Shown here piece after piece: positions 1 to 11,200 of a stretch of 64,000 nucleotides of DNA (the stretch's first letter is position 1; the number at the start of each line of letters is the position of its first letter). The stretch is from Planctomycetota bacterium. Lineage in GTDB: Bacteria > Planctomycetota > UBA8108 > SXIK01. The notes beneath the pieces are model-generated. The model was not told the DNA's origin, did not search any database, and worked only from the letters and a program-made list of their open reading frames with translations. The stretch spans positions 8,576,001 through 8,640,000 of the forward strand of contig OZ244999.1 of assembly GCA_965223265.1 (NCBI GenBank). The letters run 5' to 3'. A program made the translations under genes and the position numbers.

Positions 1-186
1 CCACGCGGAGCGCAGATTTCTTGCACCGGATGGTTCGATAACTCATCGACCAACCTTGCGCTCACGAGCGACATGTGGTCGCAGACGGTGCGCTGGGGAG
101 AACAGACATGGGAAGAGATGTTGATCGGTTATTTCGACTACATTCCCGCGAAGCCGAGCGCCGCGCCGCGCAGGAAGGGCGATTGA
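1..186 (+). CDS. 3' end of a redoxin/PHM-PNGaseF-like (copper monooxygenase-fold) protein, partial
   Basis: Frame 1, not in the ORF track, reads PRGAQISCTGWFDNS...TVRWGEQTWEEMLIGYFDY...KGD*, the typical C-terminus of this planctomycete family; stop TGA at 184-186. Confidence 0.7.
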   Translation, partial: PRGAQISCTGWFDNSSTNLALTSDMWSQTVRWGEQTWEEMLIGYFDYIPAKPSAAPRRKGD

Positions 187-280
187 AGGATCGCTCGGTG
201 CGGCCACATTCGCCTTGAAATCAGCGTCTCGGAAGCTTCTACTGAAGTCTTCGGTCGGTCAAGGCGCGGCGAGGTGCGTG

Positions 281-2848
281 ATGTCCATCTGTTTTGGCAC
301 GAGTCAGTTAAAAAACGTCGCGCCGTCGTTCGTAGCTTCAATTAGCTGCTTTCTGCTCACTTGGTGTGCGCCACTGCATGCAGACGGTGAGCGGGACGGC
401 CTGGAAGACCGCCGCCGCGGCGAAGCGTTGCGAGTAACTGCGTCTGTCGAGACCTACGACCAGATCGAGGCCTTCCCGCGCCGTGTTCAACTGCGCGGCG
501 CCGAAGCGTTTCAGCGTGTGGTCGTGCGCGGTCGCACCGCGACGGGCCAGTGGGTCGACCTGACGCGTCAAGCCCAATTCACGACTGAGCCGGAGGGTGT
601 CGTGCGCCTCGGTCCTGTCGACGCTGAGAGTCGACCGGCTCTACACGCCGGTCGTGACGGAGACGCCACGGTGACAGTTGCCGTTGGCGATGCAGTGACC
701 CAGCTCGCCGTGATCGTCCGCGGCAGCGACGCTGCCGCGCCGCCGCGATTTGTCGAAGACGTGATCCACAACTTGACGCGCGCAGGTTGTAACTCGGGTG
801 CCTGCCACGGGGCTCAACATGGAAAAGGCGGATTCAAGCTTTCGCTTCTCGGGTACGTTCCCGAGCAGGATTACACCGCCGTCACACGCGATGCGGGCGC
901 GCGGCGTGTGGTCGCAGGAGCTGCGCAGCGCAGCTTGCTGCTAGCGAAACCATTGCAATTAGTCCCGCACGAGGGCGGCCTCGTGCTGCAGCCAGAGTCG
1001 ACCGCGCATAGAAGCATCGCGCGATGGATCGCCGCGGGAGCACCGGCGCAGCCTCAGGACGCTCCCGCTCTAGAGGCCATCGAAGTGTATCCCATCGAGA
1101 GCGTCGTTGCGCCGGGGGACGAATTCTACTTGGCAGTGAGCGCACACTACTCGGACGGCCGGCGGGAAGACGTCACCGGTCAAGTGCTCCTCGAGACACT
1201 CAACGACGGTGTCGCGAGCGTCGACGGTGACGGCCGGGTGCGCGCGAATGCCTCCGGCGAGACTTCGATCATGGTGCGATACGCGGGGGACGCTGTGACG
1301 ACGCGCGTCACGGTGCCTTTTCCCGAGCGCGCCGACTCTGAAAGTCGCGACGTTTTTGCCGCCTTCGCTCCGAGGACACCGCTGGACCGCGCCGTCGCTA
1401 AGAAGTGGGCATTACTCGGCCTGCATCCATCTCCTGGCGCCAGTGACGCGGAGTTCATGCGGCGACTTTATCTCACGGCCATCGGCACACTGCCGAGCCC
1501 AGACGAGGTCGAGGCTTTTCTTGCCGACGGCTCCGCTGAGAAGCGTGATCGGCTGATCGATCGAGTTCTCGAGCGTCCCGAATATGTGGACTATTGGACG
1601 CTGAAGTGGGGCGACGTCCTTCGTGTCAAACGCTCCACCATGGGTGAAAAGGGCATGTGGAGCTTCTACAGTTGGCTGCGCGAGCAGCTGCGTGACAATC
1701 GCCCGCTCGATGCGCTTGTCCGTGACCTCCTTGTCGCACAGGGGAGCACGTTTACCACCGGCCCAGCGAACTACTATCGCGTGTCAAGCCAGCCCAAGGA
1801 GCTTGCTGAGATCACCAGCCAGGTGTTCCTCGGGCTGCGGCTGCAGTGTGCGCAGTGCCATCATCATCCATTCGAAAGATGGAGCCAAGATGACTACTAT
1901 GGCATGGCTGCTTATTTCGCGCGTCTGGGGGTCAAGTCGAGCGCCGAGTTCGGCGTCTACGGGACCGAGCGCGTCGTGTATGTGAAAGAGCGCGGCGAGC
2001 TTCGCCACCCGAAGAGCGGTGCCGTGGTCGTGCCGAAGCCGCTCGACGCGCCACCGGCCGACGACGCTGTGGACCGTCGCCGTGCCCTGGCGACGTGGCT
2101 CACGGCGCGGGACAACCGATTGTTCGCGAGAAACCTCGCCAACCGCTTGTGGGGATACGTCATGGGGCGTGGCGTTGTCGAACCGATCGATGACCTTCGC
2201 GTGACGAATCCACCGACGAATCCCGAGCTGCTCGAGGCACTCGCCGACGCCCTGATCGCAGCGGATTTTGATCAGAAGGCGCTCCTGAGAGTGATCTTTC
2301 GCTCGCGTGTGTTTCAGCTGTCGTCGCTGCCCACTGCTGACAACCAAGGCGACGAGATGTTTTTCTCGCATTACTTGATTCGACGATTGCCTGCCGAGGT
2401 GCTCCTCGACGCCATCGCTGCCAGCACCGAGGTGCCGGAGGCGTTCGGTGGTGTGCCGAAATCGACGCGCGCCATTCAGCTTCCCGATCCAACGTATAAC
2501 TCCTATTTTCTTAGTGCGTTTGGCAAGCCGAAGCGGGCGATTTCTTGCGAGTGTGAGCGAGTCAGCAAGCCGAACCTGGCGCAAGCGCTGCATCTCATGA
2601 ATGGCGATGCGATCCAGAGGCGCGTTGCCGCTGAGGATGGGCGCGTCGCAAGGATTGTCAAAGACGAGCAAAAAACGGATTCCGAGGGCATCACGGAGCT
2701 CTACCTGGCTACTTTTTCGCGCCCACCGACGTCGCAGGAGCTCGAGCGTGCTCGCAGCGCCGTGGCGGCGGCGCCGACGCGGCGCGAGGGCTTCGAGGAC
2801 CTTCTTTGGGCGCTGTGCAATGCGACAGAATTCCTCTTCAATCACTGA
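281..2848 (+). CDS. DUF1549/DUF1553 (PSCyt2/PSD1) protein with Ig-like (Big_2) domains
   Basis: GCNSGACHG, GGFKLSL, LQCAQCHHHPFERW, CECER and LWALCNATEFLFNH motifs; ORF open from 215, ATG at 281 preceded by GAGGTG. Confidence 0.9.
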   Translation: MSICFGTSQLKNVAPSFVASISCFLLTWCAPLHADGERDGLEDRRRGEALRVTASVETYDQIEAFPRRVQLRGAEAFQRVVVRGRTATGQWVDLTRQAQFTTEPEGVVRLGPVDAESRPALHAGRDGDATVTVAVGDAVTQLAVIVRGSDAAAPPRFVEDVIHNLTRAGCNSGACHGAQHGKGGFKLSLLGYVPEQDYTAVTRDAGARRVVAGAAQRSLLLAKPLQLVPHEGGLVLQPESTAHRSIARWIAAGAPAQPQDAPALEAIEVYPIESVVAPGDEFYLAVSAHYSDGRREDVTGQVLLETLNDGVASVDGDGRVRANASGETSIMVRYAGDAVTTRVTVPFPERADSESRDVFAAFAPRTPLDRAVAKKWALLGLHPSPGASDAEFMRRLYLTAIGTLPSPDEVEAFLADGSAEKRDRLIDRVLERPEYVDYWTLKWGDVLRVKRSTMGEKGMWSFYSWLREQLRDNRPLDALVRDLLVAQGSTFTTGPANYYRVSSQPKELAEITSQVFLGLRLQCAQCHHHPFERWSQDDYYGMAAYFARLGVKSSAEFGVYGTERVVYVKERGELRHPKSGAVVVPKPLDAPPADDAVDRRRALATWLTARDNRLFARNLANRLWGYVMGRGVVEPIDDLRVTNPPTNPELLEALADALIAADFDQKALLRVIFRSRVFQLSSLPTADNQGDEMFFSHYLIRRLPAEVLLDAIAASTEVPEAFGGVPKSTRAIQLPDPTYNSYFLSAFGKPKRAISCECERVSKPNLAQALHLMNGDAIQRRVAAEDGRVARIVKDEQKTDSEGITELYLATFSRPPTSQELERARSAVAAAPTRREGFEDLLWALCNATEFLFNH

Positions 2849-2964
2849 AGTTTTAACGTCCTCGGCATGTCGAACGGCGTTGCCCGCCAGCCGATCGTTG
2901 TCGCCGACGCTCGACGACATGACCGCAGAGTTCGCTCTGCGTGAATCGCAGGAGACGAAGAGCC

Positions 2965-4287
2965 ATGTTTGAAATCGACACCGGAACCACCGCGGCCAAC
3001 TGCGAAGGTGTGGGGCGCCGAGAGTTCATCAAAGTGGGCGCGCTTTCGGCGTTTGGTTTGTCGCTGCCGACTTTGCTTCGTGCCGAGGCTCGTGCGGCCG
3101 ATGCGACATCCGGGCGACCAGTTTCCTGTATTCTTCTGTGGCTCAACGGCGGTCCCAGTCACATCGACACCTGGGACCCGAAGCCCGACGCGCCGGCTGA
3201 GATTCGAGGCGAATTCGGGACGATTCCGACGACGATTCCGGGCTACCGCGTGACTGATCTGATACCGCGTTTGGCGCGACGCCTCGACAAGTACAGCGTT
3301 CTTCGTTCCGTCACCTCGTCCGAGAACGGACACGAGAGGGCCGCGCACTACTTGCTGACTGGCTATCCGTTCAACCCGGCGATCGAGTACCCGTCGTACG
3401 GCTCCGTTTTCAGCCGTGAGCTCCAAGGCGCCGCCGAGATGCCGTCGTACGTGTTGCTTGGCGGCTACCCGTTCGGGGCGGGCGGCGCGGGTTACATGGG
3501 CGACGCGCACAATCCTTTCAACATCCAGGACAATCCCGCAGCCGCGGGATTTCGCGTTCGAGATGTATCGCTTCCAGGCGGCTTTAGCATGAGCCGTGTC
3601 GAGCGGCGACGATCGATGTTGGCGACGGTCGATGTGTTTCAACGGCGAGTTGAATCGGCGGCAGAGATCAAGTCGATGGAGTCGTTTTACGAGAAGGCCT
3701 ATGCGTTGATCACCTCACCGCGCGCCAAGGAAGCGTTCGACCTTGAGCGTGAGCCGGCCTCGGTGCGCGAGCGCTACGGCAAGTCGAGCCGATTCGGTCA
3801 ATCGTGCCTGCTCGCCCGGCGCCTCGTCGAGTCGGGTGTCAGGTTCGTTACCGTCAACCACTCTGGCTGGGACACCCACCAGAACAACTTCAACGCGCTG
3901 CGCAGCAAGCTTCCGGATGTCGATCAGGCCTACTCGGCACTCCTTGATGATTTAGCCGCACGAGGTCTCCTCGAGGATACGATCGTTATCTGCATGGGCG
4001 AATTCGGGCGCACGCCGAAAGTAAATCCCTCGGCAGGGAGGGATCACTGGGGGCGTGCGATCAGCGTCTGCATCGGCGGCGGCACGGTAAAGACCGGTAT
4101 GATCATCGGCGCAACAAATGAACGCGCCGAGGAGCCAATCGATCGCCCGATTCGTGTCGAGGACCTGGCCGCGACCATCTACCGAGCCTTGGGCGTGGAC
4201 TTCATGCACGAATACTTGACGCCGCAAAATCGTCCAGTGCGGATCAACTATGACGGTCAGCCGGTGGACGAGATTCTCACCGTTTGA
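2965..4287 (+). CDS. DUF1501 domain protein
   Basis: RREF Tat-like motif, GGPSHIDTWDPKP, CLLARRLVESGVRFV, GWDTH, GEFGRTP, GRDHW. Confidence 0.93.
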   Translation: MFEIDTGTTAANCEGVGRREFIKVGALSAFGLSLPTLLRAEARAADATSGRPVSCILLWLNGGPSHIDTWDPKPDAPAEIRGEFGTIPTTIPGYRVTDLIPRLARRLDKYSVLRSVTSSENGHERAAHYLLTGYPFNPAIEYPSYGSVFSRELQGAAEMPSYVLLGGYPFGAGGAGYMGDAHNPFNIQDNPAAAGFRVRDVSLPGGFSMSRVERRRSMLATVDVFQRRVESAAEIKSMESFYEKAYALITSPRAKEAFDLEREPASVRERYGKSSRFGQSCLLARRLVESGVRFVTVNHSGWDTHQNNFNALRSKLPDVDQAYSALLDDLAARGLLEDTIVICMGEFGRTPKVNPSAGRDHWGRAISVCIGGGTVKTGMIIGATNERAEEPIDRPIRVEDLAATIYRALGVDFMHEYLTPQNRPVRINYDGQPVDEILTV

Positions 4288-4391
4288 GGTGGTGAAAGGT
4301 TTGGCTTTGGGGGGAATTCAGGGCGGTCGCAGCTTGTGGGGGCTGAGGGCGTCAGCTGTGGACGCTGCCGGAAGCAAACACTGTGAGGATC

Positions 4392-5270
4392 ATGAAAGCG
4401 ATGACGATGTCGATCAGAGCGGCGACGATCTGGCGATTGGGGCTCGGTGCAGCACTGCCGATCCTGTTGTCCACGGGGTGCCAGTGGATTGAGTCTGTCC
4501 CGTCCGCTTCCTTTCCGGAGTTCGACGACCGCATCGAGACCTGGACCGACAAGACGATTCTCGTCGTCACTCCACACCCGGACGACGAAGCTTTTGGCGC
4601 TGCCGGGACGCTGGCGATGCTCGCAGCACGCGGCAACAAGATCCACGTCGTCGTTTGCACCAATGACGACAAAGGCTCGCGCGACCCCGACATGACGTCT
4701 GAGCGCTTGACGATGATTCGGCGGCAGGAGGAGGAACGTGCCTCCGAGATCGTCGGCATTCCCACGGAGAACCTCGTCTGGCTCGGGCACGAGGATGGGA
4801 TGCTTGAGTACGTCGACGCACGAGATCTGACCAAGCAGATCGCCCGCGAGATTCGGCGTGTGCGACCCGACGCGCTCTTCAGCATCGATCCGGGTGAAGA
4901 TTTTCGTCGCTGGCACAAATCGGACCACAACGCCGGCGCTTTCATCACCGTCGATGCAGTGCGCGCTGCACGCTGGCGCCTCTATTTTCCGGAGCTCGAG
5001 CAGGACGAAGGCTTGAAGGCGTACTCCGTCCCCATCTGCTACATGTTCTACTCGACGCAGCCCAACTACAAAGTTGACATCCACGACTATATCGAGCAGC
5101 GACTCGCGGCCATGGCAGCGCATGAATCGCAGTGGGATCCGTACGTCGACAAATACGCCCCGATGACCGAAGAGGTGCGCACCCAGCTGATCGCGCAGCT
5201 ACGCGAAGGTCGTTTGGCGCCGCGCGAGAACGGGCGATTTGTGGAGTATTTCCGCCGCGCTGAGTACTGA
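4392..5270 (+). CDS. PIG-L family deacetylase (lipoprotein-like N-terminus)
   Basis: PHPDDE, RRQEEERA, HKSDH and AHESQ motifs; LSTGC lipobox-like segment. Confidence 0.88.
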   Translation: MKAMTMSIRAATIWRLGLGAALPILLSTGCQWIESVPSASFPEFDDRIETWTDKTILVVTPHPDDEAFGAAGTLAMLAARGNKIHVVVCTNDDKGSRDPDMTSERLTMIRRQEEERASEIVGIPTENLVWLGHEDGMLEYVDARDLTKQIAREIRRVRPDALFSIDPGEDFRRWHKSDHNAGAFITVDAVRAARWRLYFPELEQDEGLKAYSVPICYMFYSTQPNYKVDIHDYIEQRLAAMAAHESQWDPYVDKYAPMTEEVRTQLIAQLREGRLAPRENGRFVEYFRRAEY

Positions 5271-5364
5271 GGCGGAGACGGAGACAGAGACACATCCGAC
5301 AGTTGCATAAGTTTTCGCAGGAAGGGCTCAGAAACCCTTTCCCTGAGGTTCGATCGGCAGTTGA

Positions 5365-5740
5365 AGGACCCGTCGGGATCGCGCACGACGAACGCGCGTT
5401 TACCGGTGCCGTTGTCGGTGTTTGGTTGCTCCTCGACCACCGCTCCGAGTCCCTGGGCGCGCTCCCATGCTGCGTCGAAGTCGTCGATCACGAACCAGAG
5501 CAGTAGGCCTTTGCCGATGTTTCCCTCCTCCGGGTGGGAAAGCGACGGGTGCTCGTGATCTCCATTCGGACCGGATGGGCCCCAACTGTGAAGGCATAGG
5601 AGGATCGTGTCGTCTTCGTCGAGGATCTGGTCGAACACCGTCCCATTCGGGTGGTTGTTGCGCGCTGCGAGCAGTTCGACGTACCACGCCGAGCTTCGGA
5701 TCACGTCCGCCACCGCGATGATCGGCCACGTCCGTTTCAC
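5365..5740 (-). pseudogene. VOC/glyoxalase family protein with replaced 3' end
   Basis: VOC fold up to RAFVVRDPDG, then unrelated sequence with no nearby stop; the ORF runs on to 5087, antisense into the deacetylase gene. Confidence 0.6.
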
Positions 5741-6642
5741 GAGGCGTTTTCTTCACGCTCGCGCTTCGTCAGGTAGCGAAGGATTCCGTCGACGGTCATG
5801 AACAGCGGATTGGCAACCTCGTACTGAACGAGCTCCGTGTCCGACAGGCCGGAGGCGAGCGCTCGCTCGCGGTTCCACTCGGCGTGGGCCGCGACGATGG
5901 CATCGCGTGCTGCACCACTGTTGCGGTGGCGCGCGACGAATTCAGTGACGTCGTCGAGAACTTGGTGCAGGCGCTCGAAGTGCGCTGGGACGTCTCGCAC
6001 GGGTCCGAAGTGTGTTGGATAGATCACCGACAGGTCCTGTCGTGCGAGCGTGTCGATGGTCGTGTGCCAAGCTTCGCGGTGGAATTCTGGTGGCGGCGCC
6101 GGCGCTTGAATGAAGTCGCCGCCTTCGAGACGAACCCCTGCGGCATCGCCTGTGAACGCCACGTCTTCCATGCAAAAGACGATGTGGTGCTTCGCGTGTC
6201 CCGGCGAATCGATCGTCCTCACTTTGACGCCGCAGATGTTGACTTCTTGATCACCCTTGAGCGGTTCCAATTGGTTCGGGTCGAGCGGCGTGACCTCGCC
6301 CCACAGACGATCCATGTCATCGCCGTAGATCCGTGTCGCGCTCGCTACAAGCTTCGACGGATCCACCAAATGCGGCGCTCCCAAGTGATGGACGTGAACG
6401 CGAGCACCTTGACGTGCCCACCAGCCTGCAGCGCCGGCATGATCGAGGTGAATATGAGTTACCAGTACGTGCTGGACGTCGCCTGGCGAAACGCCGTGCA
6501 CGGCAAGCTTGCGCTTCAAAGTATCGAGCGTCGTTGTCGGTCCGGACTCAACAAGAATCGGTCCCTGCGGCGCTTCTACCAGATACACTGCGATGGAGTG
6601 CGGTACGTCCTGATGTTCGAGATCGATCGTGTGGATGCGCAT
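5737..6642 (-). CDS. MBL-fold metallo-hydrolase
   Basis: THIHLDHAG, SPGHAKHH, FTGD and PTHFG motifs; likely start MRIHTIDL at 6642. Confidence 0.9.
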   Translation of the reverse strand: MRIHTIDLEHQDVPHSIAVYLVEAPQGPILVESGPTTTLDTLKRKLAVHGVSPGDVQHVLVTHIHLDHAGAAGWWARQGARVHVHHLGAPHLVDPSKLVASATRIYGDDMDRLWGEVTPLDPNQLEPLKGDQEVNICGVKVRTIDSPGHAKHHIVFCMEDVAFTGDAAGVRLEGGDFIQAPAPPPEFHREAWHTTIDTLARQDLSVIYPTHFGPVRDVPAHFERLHQVLDDVTEFVARHRNSGAARDAIVAAHAEWNRERALASGLSDTELVQYEVANPLFMTVDGILRYLTKREREENAS

Positions 6643-6885
6643 GGGTGTTCGGCGTCTTCTTGGGCTGCGAATCGGCGCGCATCGCGAACCGAGGAGCGCG
6701 TCGTGGATCGCTGACGATACCACTTGTTCCAGGTCCGTGCGAACCTTATGCTGAGACTTTCGATTCACGATGAACTTTCGAGGTATCCCGTCGCCTCTCG
6801 CTCCGCGTGATCGGTTTTGGCCGCTGCAACCGAATGATTTGCGAGGCGCGACCGGAGATTCGATGGTGTTTTTGAGGTCGGTCTG

Positions 6886-8295
6886 ATGTTGCAAAGGATT
6901 GGGCGCTGCCGCTTGCTCTCGGTTGCCTTCTCGCTCGTCGTGGTGACTGAGATCGACGCCGATTCTTGGCCAAGCCACCGTCACGACAGTGCACGCAGCG
7001 GCATCAGCTCGGAGCAGCTCAGCTTGCCGCTCGAAGACGCGTGGGTCTTTGCTTCACGCTATCCGCCGCAGCCCGCGTGGAGCGGGCCGGCAAGGCGCGA
7101 CGGTTGGCACAAAGTTGATCACCTCAAAGCGCGGATGATTTTCGATTGGGCGTTTCACGTCGTCATGAGCGATGACGCCGTCTTTTTTGGTTCATCGGCG
7201 GACGATCAGGTCTACGCACTCGACGCCGACGATGGGCGGGTGCGGTGGAGCTTCTTTACCGAGTCTCCGGTGCGGCTGGCCCCGACTGTGGCTTCCGGCC
7301 GCGTCTTCGTTGGTTCGGACGACGGCTTCGTTTACTGCCTTGAAGCAGTCACGGGCGAGCTCGTATGGAAGGTGCGCGGCGCCCCGCAGGCGCAGCGAGT
7401 CTCCGGCAATGGCCGCTTGATGTCGCTATGGCCAGTGCGTTCAGGAGTCGCGATAGTCGACAACACGGCGTATTTTTGCGCCGGTCTTTTCCCATTCGAG
7501 GGCGCGTACCTGTGCGCTGTCAGCGTAGATGATGGCAGCGTGGTTTGGAGGCACAAACTCGATTTCCTCGCACCGCAGGGGTACATCCTGGCTTCGGCCT
7601 CTCGGCTGTACGTGCCCATGGGGCGGGGGCGCCCGGCGATTTTCGACCGCCGTGACGGTCGACACGTTCGGACTCTGGGTGGCTCTGGCGGGACTTTCTG
7701 TCTGCTGACCGACGATCTTCTGATCTACGGCCCAGGAAAAACTGGGCAGCTGGAGGCGTTCAAAACGGAAGTGCCGGATCAGCTGGCGACGTTCCAAGGC
7801 AATCAGATGGTTGTCACCCCCGGGTCTTCGTACCTGCACACTGATACCGAGTTGACGGCTCTCGACCGAAGTCGCTATCGCGAGATCGCCGAAGCGCGGC
7901 TCGTCCTTGTGAACAGGCGCGAGTCAGTGAAGGAACAGCTCAAGAAGACCGCGAATGCCGCCGCCGAAGCCGCCAACAGCGCAGACGAGCTGCGTCAACT
8001 TTTGAGTGAAATCGAAGAGAAAATTGCAGCGAGTGAAATGTCGATGCGCGAGACGATCCTGTGGCGGCGCTCGTTTGCGTTTCCTTACTCACTCGTGCTG
8101 GCGGGAGACCTCCTTCTGGCCGGAGGAAACGACAGGGTCGCGGCTGTCAGTCGCGACAGCGGAGAGACGATGTGGAGCGCAGCGGTGACCGGACGGGCGC
8201 TCGATCTTGCCGTCGCCTCCGGGCGTCTCATCGTCAGCACCGATCGGGGGACGATTCACTGTTTTCGCAGCCGGAGTGCGGAGGGCGGTGACTGA
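6886..8295 (+). CDS. PQQ-binding-like beta-propeller (BamB-like) protein
   Basis: Signal peptide, WPSHRHDSARSG, repeated VYALDA..G..RW units. Confidence 0.85.
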   Translation: MLQRIGRCRLLSVAFSLVVVTEIDADSWPSHRHDSARSGISSEQLSLPLEDAWVFASRYPPQPAWSGPARRDGWHKVDHLKARMIFDWAFHVVMSDDAVFFGSSADDQVYALDADDGRVRWSFFTESPVRLAPTVASGRVFVGSDDGFVYCLEAVTGELVWKVRGAPQAQRVSGNGRLMSLWPVRSGVAIVDNTAYFCAGLFPFEGAYLCAVSVDDGSVVWRHKLDFLAPQGYILASASRLYVPMGRGRPAIFDRRDGRHVRTLGGSGGTFCLLTDDLLIYGPGKTGQLEAFKTEVPDQLATFQGNQMVVTPGSSYLHTDTELTALDRSRYREIAEARLVLVNRRESVKEQLKKTANAAAEAANSADELRQLLSEIEEKIAASEMSMRETILWRRSFAFPYSLVLAGDLLLAGGNDRVAAVSRDSGETMWSAAVTGRALDLAVASGRLIVSTDRGTIHCFRSRSAEGGD

Positions 8296-11200
8296 TGGCG
8301 ATGACGCACGTTGCAGGATCCTTCGCACATCTCTGGCGGTGGCCGGTTTCGATGCGCGCGCTTTTCGTGCTGGTGGCGACTGCCGCTTTCCTGTGGGTCC
8401 CGACACGCTTGGCGTACGGCGATCCCTTAGCGCATTGGATCTTTTCTGCGCAGAGGCTCGAGCGTGCAGCGGCAGCGGACAGCGGTGAGCGCGGAGCAGG
8501 TGGTGGAATTGACGTTGGACTCGACGGTGCGCTCGACGGTGCGCTCGACGGTGCGCTCGACGGTGCGCTCGACGGTGCGCTCGACGGTGCGCTCGACGGT
8601 GCCGCGCGACTGGCAAGCGTCGTCGATGGCCCGGCTCTCACCGTGCGTGGCCGTGTTGCGTTTCGACCAGGGTTCCCCGCCGGTGCGCTGCTGATCGATG
8701 GAGACGCCACGGAGGTCGAGACTGCTTACACTCCTGACGCTGCCTATTTGCCGCGTCGCGCGTTGACCGTGTCGGCGTGGGTCGCCAACGAAAATACGGT
8801 TGAGTGGGGCGGCATTGTCGGGGCGATTCAAGACCAGCGGAACCTGCAGAAGGGATGGCTCCTGGGCTTTCGGCAATCGAGCTTCAGTTTCGGACTGGCA
8901 TCCACTGGCGCCGACGACGGCGACGGTAAGATCACCTTCGTTCGTTCGCCACACAGTCTCGAGTGGGGGCGCTGGTATCACGTTGTCGGTACCTACGACG
9001 GTGTCGAGCAGAGGCTCTATGTGGATGGTGAGCTCGTCGGTAAGTCCGCAGTGCAGCATGGCGACATCCTCTATCCGCAGGCAGCTCGGTTCCTCATTGG
9101 AGCGTTCAACGACGACGATCAGAGCTTTCGCCATCGCAGCTGGGTGCACGAGGTGCGCCTCGAAGACCGCGCTCTCTCGGCGGCGGAGGTGAAGGAGCGC
9201 TTCGCCGCCAAGCGTCACTTCTTTCCAGAGAGCCTGGATTTCTCTGTCACCCCTGTGGTCACGCGTCTGGATCGAGAATCGATCCGAATCGTCTGGTCCA
9301 CTCGCACGGAACAGCCGACGATCGTCGCGTTCGGTGATCGCCTGCCGCTGGTGCATCGACAGGTGCGGAACGAGGCGTCGACGCGGCGGCATCAGGTGGT
9401 TGTGGAAAACCTGCGCCGCGACCGCATGTACTACTATCGCATCTTCGCTGCCAGAGAAGCTCCGCGGGCTGCGGATTCGGGCGCAGACGCCGGTGCGGAA
9501 CGCCCGAAGAATCGCGATCCCTGGCGAGTTTCTCGTCTGTTCGAATTCGACGCGACGTTCGACTACACGTCACAGCCGCTGCACTGGGCCAGCACGGAAC
9601 CTTCCGCTCGCGCCCCTCTTTCTGCCGCCGAGCTGCTCGCCGACGCGGTGGTTCGTCGCGGTGTTCCAGCGCGCGGCTACTGCCTCATCCTTGGCTGCGA
9701 AGACGGTGATCTTGCCGAGGCGATGGCTCGCCGTACGGGGCTCAAGATCGTCTGCCGAGACGAAGATGCCGACAGAGTGGAACGGCTGCGCCGGCGGGTG
9801 AGCGCTGCGGGTGTCTACGGCGTCCGAGTGAGTGCGCACGTGGGGTCACTTGAGAAACTCGACTACGCGGATTTTCTCTTCAACGTGATTCTGTCGGAGC
9901 GCGCACTTGTTCGCGGTGAATTGCCCCCGAGCCCGTCGGAAGCGTGGCGTGTGCTGCAACCGGGGAGCGGTCTCGTTTACTTCCAACTGCCGGTTGTGGC
10001 AGACGCCAACGAGCGGCCCCAGCATCGCGAGCGTTTGGAGCGTTGGTTGGACTCAGCTACAGCGACGAGTCGCGACGCCGGCGACGCCGGCTCTGCGGCG
10101 ATCTGGGCCTCGGCACGCCGCGAGGAGTTGCCCGCCGCGGGCGAGTGGACGCATCAGTACGCAGATGCTGGTCATTCGGCGAACAGTGGCGACGCGATTG
10201 CAGGCGGCGACATGCGGGTTCTGTGGTTCGGAGAACCCGGGCCGCGGCCGATGGTCGATCGGGGGACGCGGTCGCCGGCGCCTCTGGCCGTGGGTGGACG
10301 CCTTTTCATCCAGGGAGATCGAAGGTTGTTCGCTCTTGACGCTTATAACGGAACGATGTTGTGGACGCTCGAGATTCCGGACCTGCGGCGGGCGAACATT
10401 CCGCGAGACGGCAGCAATATGGTGGCGACGCGCGACTCGCTTTACGTCGCCGTGCGGGATCGTTGCTGGCGGCTGGACGCTCGCACGGGAGAGATGCTGA
10501 AGGCGTTCGTGATCCCGTCTGCGTCGCGCCGCGAGGGCGACGCTGGGCGCGAGCCGGAAGATGGCCATGCAGACGCTCGCCGCAGTGAAACTCCACGAGG
10601 TGAGACTTCAACCGACGAGGCGCCGATACCGGAGTGGGGTTACGTCGGCATCGTCGGCGATGTTTTGTACGGCAGTGCGGTGCGCCGCGGCGGTTCTTAC
10701 GTCGGTGCCGACGGCGAGTGGTATGATCGGCCGGGCGAGGAATCGTTCAAGGTCGTCAGCGAACGTCTCTTCGCGCTCGACCGACGCAGCGGCGAGGTTC
10801 AATGGAGCCGCAGCGGTGGACTGGTCGTCAACTCGACGATCGCGATAGGCGACGGCAAAGTCTATCTTGTCGAGTCGCGCAGCCCAGCTGCCCGCAAGCT
10901 CCAGGCTGGTCGCGTCGGTGACGAGCTCAACACGGACCGCTATCTCGTCGCCGTTGACGCCGCCACCGGCGAGGATGCCTGGGAGCAGTACTACGACTTT
11001 AGTGAAGGTCGTTTCGTTTTCTACCTGACGTACTCAGCCGGGACGCTGTTTGCGCTGAGCACCTCGGACAAGTATCACGCCTATGCTTTCGACGCATCGA
11101 AGGGCGACCTCCTGTGGAAGAAGACGTATCCATGGGCGCGCGATCACCACGGGGGTGCCATGCAGCACCCCGTGATCGTCGAAGACACGGTCTACGCCGA

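Noticed and set aside
1784-2920. Long antisense ORFs (also 13844-15154, 8427-9392, 39118-39927 and others)
   Set aside because: Shadow ORFs opposite well-supported genes in high-GC DNA
281-4287. DUF1549/DUF1553 + DUF1501 pair as a novel system
   Set aside because: Function unknown, but this is a well-known, highly paralogous planctomycete gene pair with nothing atypical here
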